From Woeseiaceae bacterium (GTDB lineage Bacteria > Pseudomonadota > Gammaproteobacteria > Steroidobacterales > Woeseiaceae): a stretch of DNA of 37,074 nucleotides. The notes beneath the pieces are model-generated. The model saw only the letters and a list, made by a program, of their open reading frames with translations. It had not been told where the DNA came from and made no database searches. This document shows positions 36,759-37,074 of this stretch, piece by piece. The position numbers were made by a program, and so were the translations under genes. The DNA lies in the NCBI GenBank assembly GCA_036259375.1, contig DATABW010000285.1:1-37074 (forward strand). Reading direction: 5' to 3'. Each line of letters opens with the position of its first letter. Position 1 is the stretch's first letter.

Positions 36759-37074
36759 CGGCAGCTTCCGTGTCCGCCTCGAAATGCAGCGGGTAACGCG
36801 CCGGCTGTCCCAGCTGATTGCAAAGCCCGTTGATTTCTTTCTTCAGCTCGATCATCCGCAGCTCCCGCCCGACGGCGGCACGATTGAACCGGCTGAGTTC
36901 GTGCGTTTTGTTACGCAGCTGCTCCTCGGCACGATTGCGTTCAGCGAGTTCCTTCCGCGCCTCGTCGAATAGCCGCGCGTTGTCGATCGCGATCGTGCCG
37001 AGGAGCAGCTGCGTAACAAAACGCACGAACTCAGCCGGTTCAATCGTGCCGCCGTCGGGCGGGAGCTGCGGATG
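36751..37074 (-). CDS. Partial signalling protein: end of a GAF-like domain plus conserved coiled-coil tail (N-terminus beyond the window; sequence above ~36991 is suspect)
   Basis: The frame is open to the window edge: ...IAIDNARLFDEARKELAERNRAEEQLRNKTHELSRFNRAAVGRELRMIELKKEINGLCNQLGQPARYPL... IAIDNARLF is a typical GAF C-terminal end. The stop at 36751 overlaps ATG 36758 of the hybrid kinase. The first 28 visible codons are the antisense of codons 31-58 (see inverted repeat). Confidence 0.5.
   Translation of the reverse strand, partial: HPQLPPDGGTIEPAEFVRFVTQLLLGTIAIDNARLFDEARKELAERNRAEEQLRNKTHELSRFNRAAVGRELRMIELKKEINGLCNQLGQPARYPLHFEADTEAADA
36853..36935. repeat. Left arm of perfect 83-bp inverted repeat
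   Basis: catccgcagctcccgcccgacggcggcacgattgaaccggctgagttcgtgcgttttgttacgcagctgctcctcggcacgat is the exact reverse complement of 36992..37074. Confidence 0.95.
36992..37074. repeat. Right arm of perfect 83-bp inverted repeat (cut by the window end)
   Basis: Base-by-base reverse complement of 36853..36935, with a 56-bp spacer (36936..36991). The repeat may extend beyond the window. Confidence 0.95.

Overview
GC-rich bacterial fragment. Third codon positions are almost all G/C, so long antisense shadow ORFs occur throughout. About two thirds of the window (266..27068) is a co-oriented minus-strand array of nine intact permease genes plus one decayed copy. Each encodes an ~800-830 aa, internally duplicated MacB/FtsX-type permease of the ADOP kind (acidobacterial duplicated orphan permease, TIGR03434-like). 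The array is headed by a HlyD-type membrane-fusion protein gene and a LolD/MacB-type ATPase gene, behind a near-consensus sigma-54 promoter. It ends in a second ATPase gene that runs off the window start. Two things interrupt it: an oppositely oriented ATP-dependent DNA ligase gene, and a visibly AT-richer CysB-like LysR relic that keeps only the HTH domain. A ~60-nt imperfect-palindrome repeat family (ends CAGGAGCCCGT / ACGGGCTCCTG, core CCCGTGAGACGGG) sits in several spacers. The right third carries ordinary genes: a secreted MBL-fold hydrolase, a GFA-family protein, a TerC-family protein, an APC amino-acid permease, a soluble histidine kinase, an ada plus 2OG-oxygenase operon, a hybrid histidine kinase with an AhpD/CMD-like N-terminal domain, and a partial GAF-type protein. 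The window ends inside a perfect 83-bp inverted repeat that lies within a coding region; this is most likely a foldback assembly artefact. I recognised no tRNA, rRNA, CRISPR array, transposase or integrase. All family assignments come from reading motifs by eye; no searches were run.
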